From positions 1 to 8,312 of the forward strand of contig BAAFSQ010000381.1 of the NCBI GenBank assembly GCA_054661495.1: DNA of 8,312 bases, written 5' to 3'. Both the position numbers and the translations under genes were made by a program. The notes beneath the pieces were generated by a model. The model made no database searches, had not been told where the DNA came from, and saw nothing but the letters and a program-made list of their open reading frames with translations. Numbering within the stretch: the first letter of the stretch is position 1; each line of letters starts with the position of its first letter. This document shows, piece by piece, positions 7,502 to 8,312 of this stretch. The stretch comes from Zygophlyctis sp. KS116 (lineage: Eukaryota > Fungi > Chytridiomycota).

Positions 7502-7804
7502 ATGCCTGCATCTCCTTCTGATTTGTTGGCAAAATGGGGATGGAAAGAATCTATTCCTGTAGTCCAAACACAATATTCCTTTCAGACTTGTAAAAAAGGC
7601 CTTGGATCATCATCAAATAGTAGAGATTGGCATTTAAAATTATTGGACCAAACGTTAAATTGTTCTACAACTGAAGATGAAATCTTTAAATCACTAACAC
7701 CTCCTACTACTGGAGCTAGAAGAAGAGTTGAAGTCTCTTCATGTGATGAGTCTGATGAGGAATTTCTCAAAAAAGTAAAGAAAAGAAGGAAATCAAAAAA
7801 GTAG
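7502..7804 (+). CDS. Small G-patch-like protein resembling Tma23/GPATCH4 (ribosome biogenesis), 100 aa
   Basis: LLAKWGWKE...KKGLG...DWHLKLLDQTLN resembles the Tma23 N-terminus (YGWKEG...KKGLG...WWERLFD). It ends in an acidic patch and a lysine-rich tail (KKVKKRRKSKK). Confidence 0.65.
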   Translation: MPASPSDLLAKWGWKESIPVVQTQYSFQTCKKGLGSSSNSRDWHLKLLDQTLNCSTTEDEIFKSLTPPTTGARRRVEVSSCDESDEEFLKKVKKRRKSKK

Positions 7805-7807
7805 AAT

Positions 7808-8047
7808 TCAAACTCCTTTCTTGAGATTAATAGATGAAAAATTACTTTTGCAAAAGTGAATATATCACTAAAGGCAGTGAAAATAGCAATTCCAGCTAAT
7901 CCAGCAGTTAGTAAAAATAGTTTAGGATCTCCCCTTCCACGAATGTAAACAGGTTTATTAGAAGGTTTCTAAGACTAAGAAAAATAGAGATACCTGCCAA
8001 AACATTCTAGATTCATATTGTTTTGGACGAATATTGTGTTCGCTCAT
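7808..8047 (-). CDS. COX7: Cytochrome c oxidase subunit VII/VIIa-like protein, 3 exons, 62 aa
   Basis: Exons 8047-7994, 7968-7846 and 7819-7808 give MSEHNIRPKQYESRMFWQKPSNKPVYIRGRGDPKLFLLTAGLAGIAIFTAFSDIFTFAKKGV*. The WQ....PVYIRG..D motif (cf. COX7A FQ...LPVHLKGG..D) is followed by one TM helix. The last exon is less certain. Confidence 0.75.
7820..7845 (-). other. Intron 2 of COX7-like gene, 26 nt
   Basis: GTAATTTTTCATCTATTAATCTCAAG (AAG acceptor). Without it the frame would run on antisense through the neighbouring gene. Confidence 0.6.
7969..7993 (-). other. Intron 1 of COX7-like gene, 25 nt
   Basis: CAG|GTATCTCTATTTTTCTTAGTCTTAG|AAA. Confidence 0.85.
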
Positions 8048-8234
8048 TTAAAGTTTTTTTTAAGAAAAATTTCCTCGCGAAAACGGAAACTTGACAAGAC
8101 ACTGTATAAAAATAGATTTAATTTTTTTACAAGATTCTGTAGTATCATTGAGATTTAAAACCAGGGAAAATAAAGATTTGATTTCCCTTGATTAAAACAA
8201 AATTTTTACTTTAAACCAGTGTCTAACATTTTCT

Positions 8235-8240
8235 AAAAAA
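8235..8240 (-). terminator. Pol III oligo-T terminator of the tRNA gene
   Basis: T6 run on the minus strand, 3 nt after the tRNA discriminator base. Confidence 0.8.
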
Positions 8241-8243
8241 TAA

Positions 8244-8312
8244 CGACAACAGCAGGACTTGAACCTGCGCAGGCAAAGCCTAAATGATTTCTAGTCATTC
8301 CCCTTAACCACT
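8244..8312 (-). tRNA. tRNA-Ser(AGA), 5' end truncated by window edge
   Basis: Minus strand AGTGGTTAAGGGGAATGACTAGAAATCATTTAGGCTTTGCCTGCGCAGGTTCAAGTCCTGCTGTTGTCG. Anticodon stem AATGA/TCATT with AGA at 8292-8290, long variable arm AGGC-TTT-GCCT, T arm GCAGG-TTCAAGT-CCTGC, discriminator G and no encoded CCA. Confidence 0.96.

Noticed and set aside
7582-7770. Minus-strand 62-aa ORF
   Set aside because: Antisense to the G-patch gene with a TTG start. It is relevant only as possible read-through of unspliced COX7.
1-8312. Alternative genetic code, prokaryotic origin or CRISPR/defence system
   Set aside because: In-frame stops are explained by GT-AG introns (except the one GH5 frame break). TAA, TAG and TGA all serve as terminators. 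The genes are eukaryote-specific and no repeat-spacer array is visible.

Overview
AT-rich, very compact eukaryotic genomic DNA. It is most likely an early-diverging fungus (chytrid-like), inferred from the gene set, ultra-short GT-AG introns and the DPRVDP-type ankyrin family. From left to right the window holds: (1) the 3' tip of a hAT transposase and the probable right end of its element; (2) an orphan GC-richer ORF; (3) a GH5 beta-mannanase-like gene (minus strand) with a two-helix membrane hairpin inserted in its catalytic barrel and an apparent +1 frame break after its only intron; (4) two intronless ankyrin-repeat genes, one with an F-box-like N-terminus; (5) a 7-exon TFIIIC subunit Tfc6/GTF3C2-like WD40 gene with a C2H2 finger; (6) a divergent Tma23/GPATCH4-like G-patch gene; (7) a 3-exon COX7/COX7A-like gene missed by the ORF track; (8) a tRNA-Ser(AGA) cut by the window edge. 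All nine introns I could reconstruct are 24-31 nt long. All calls are by eye, with no database searches.
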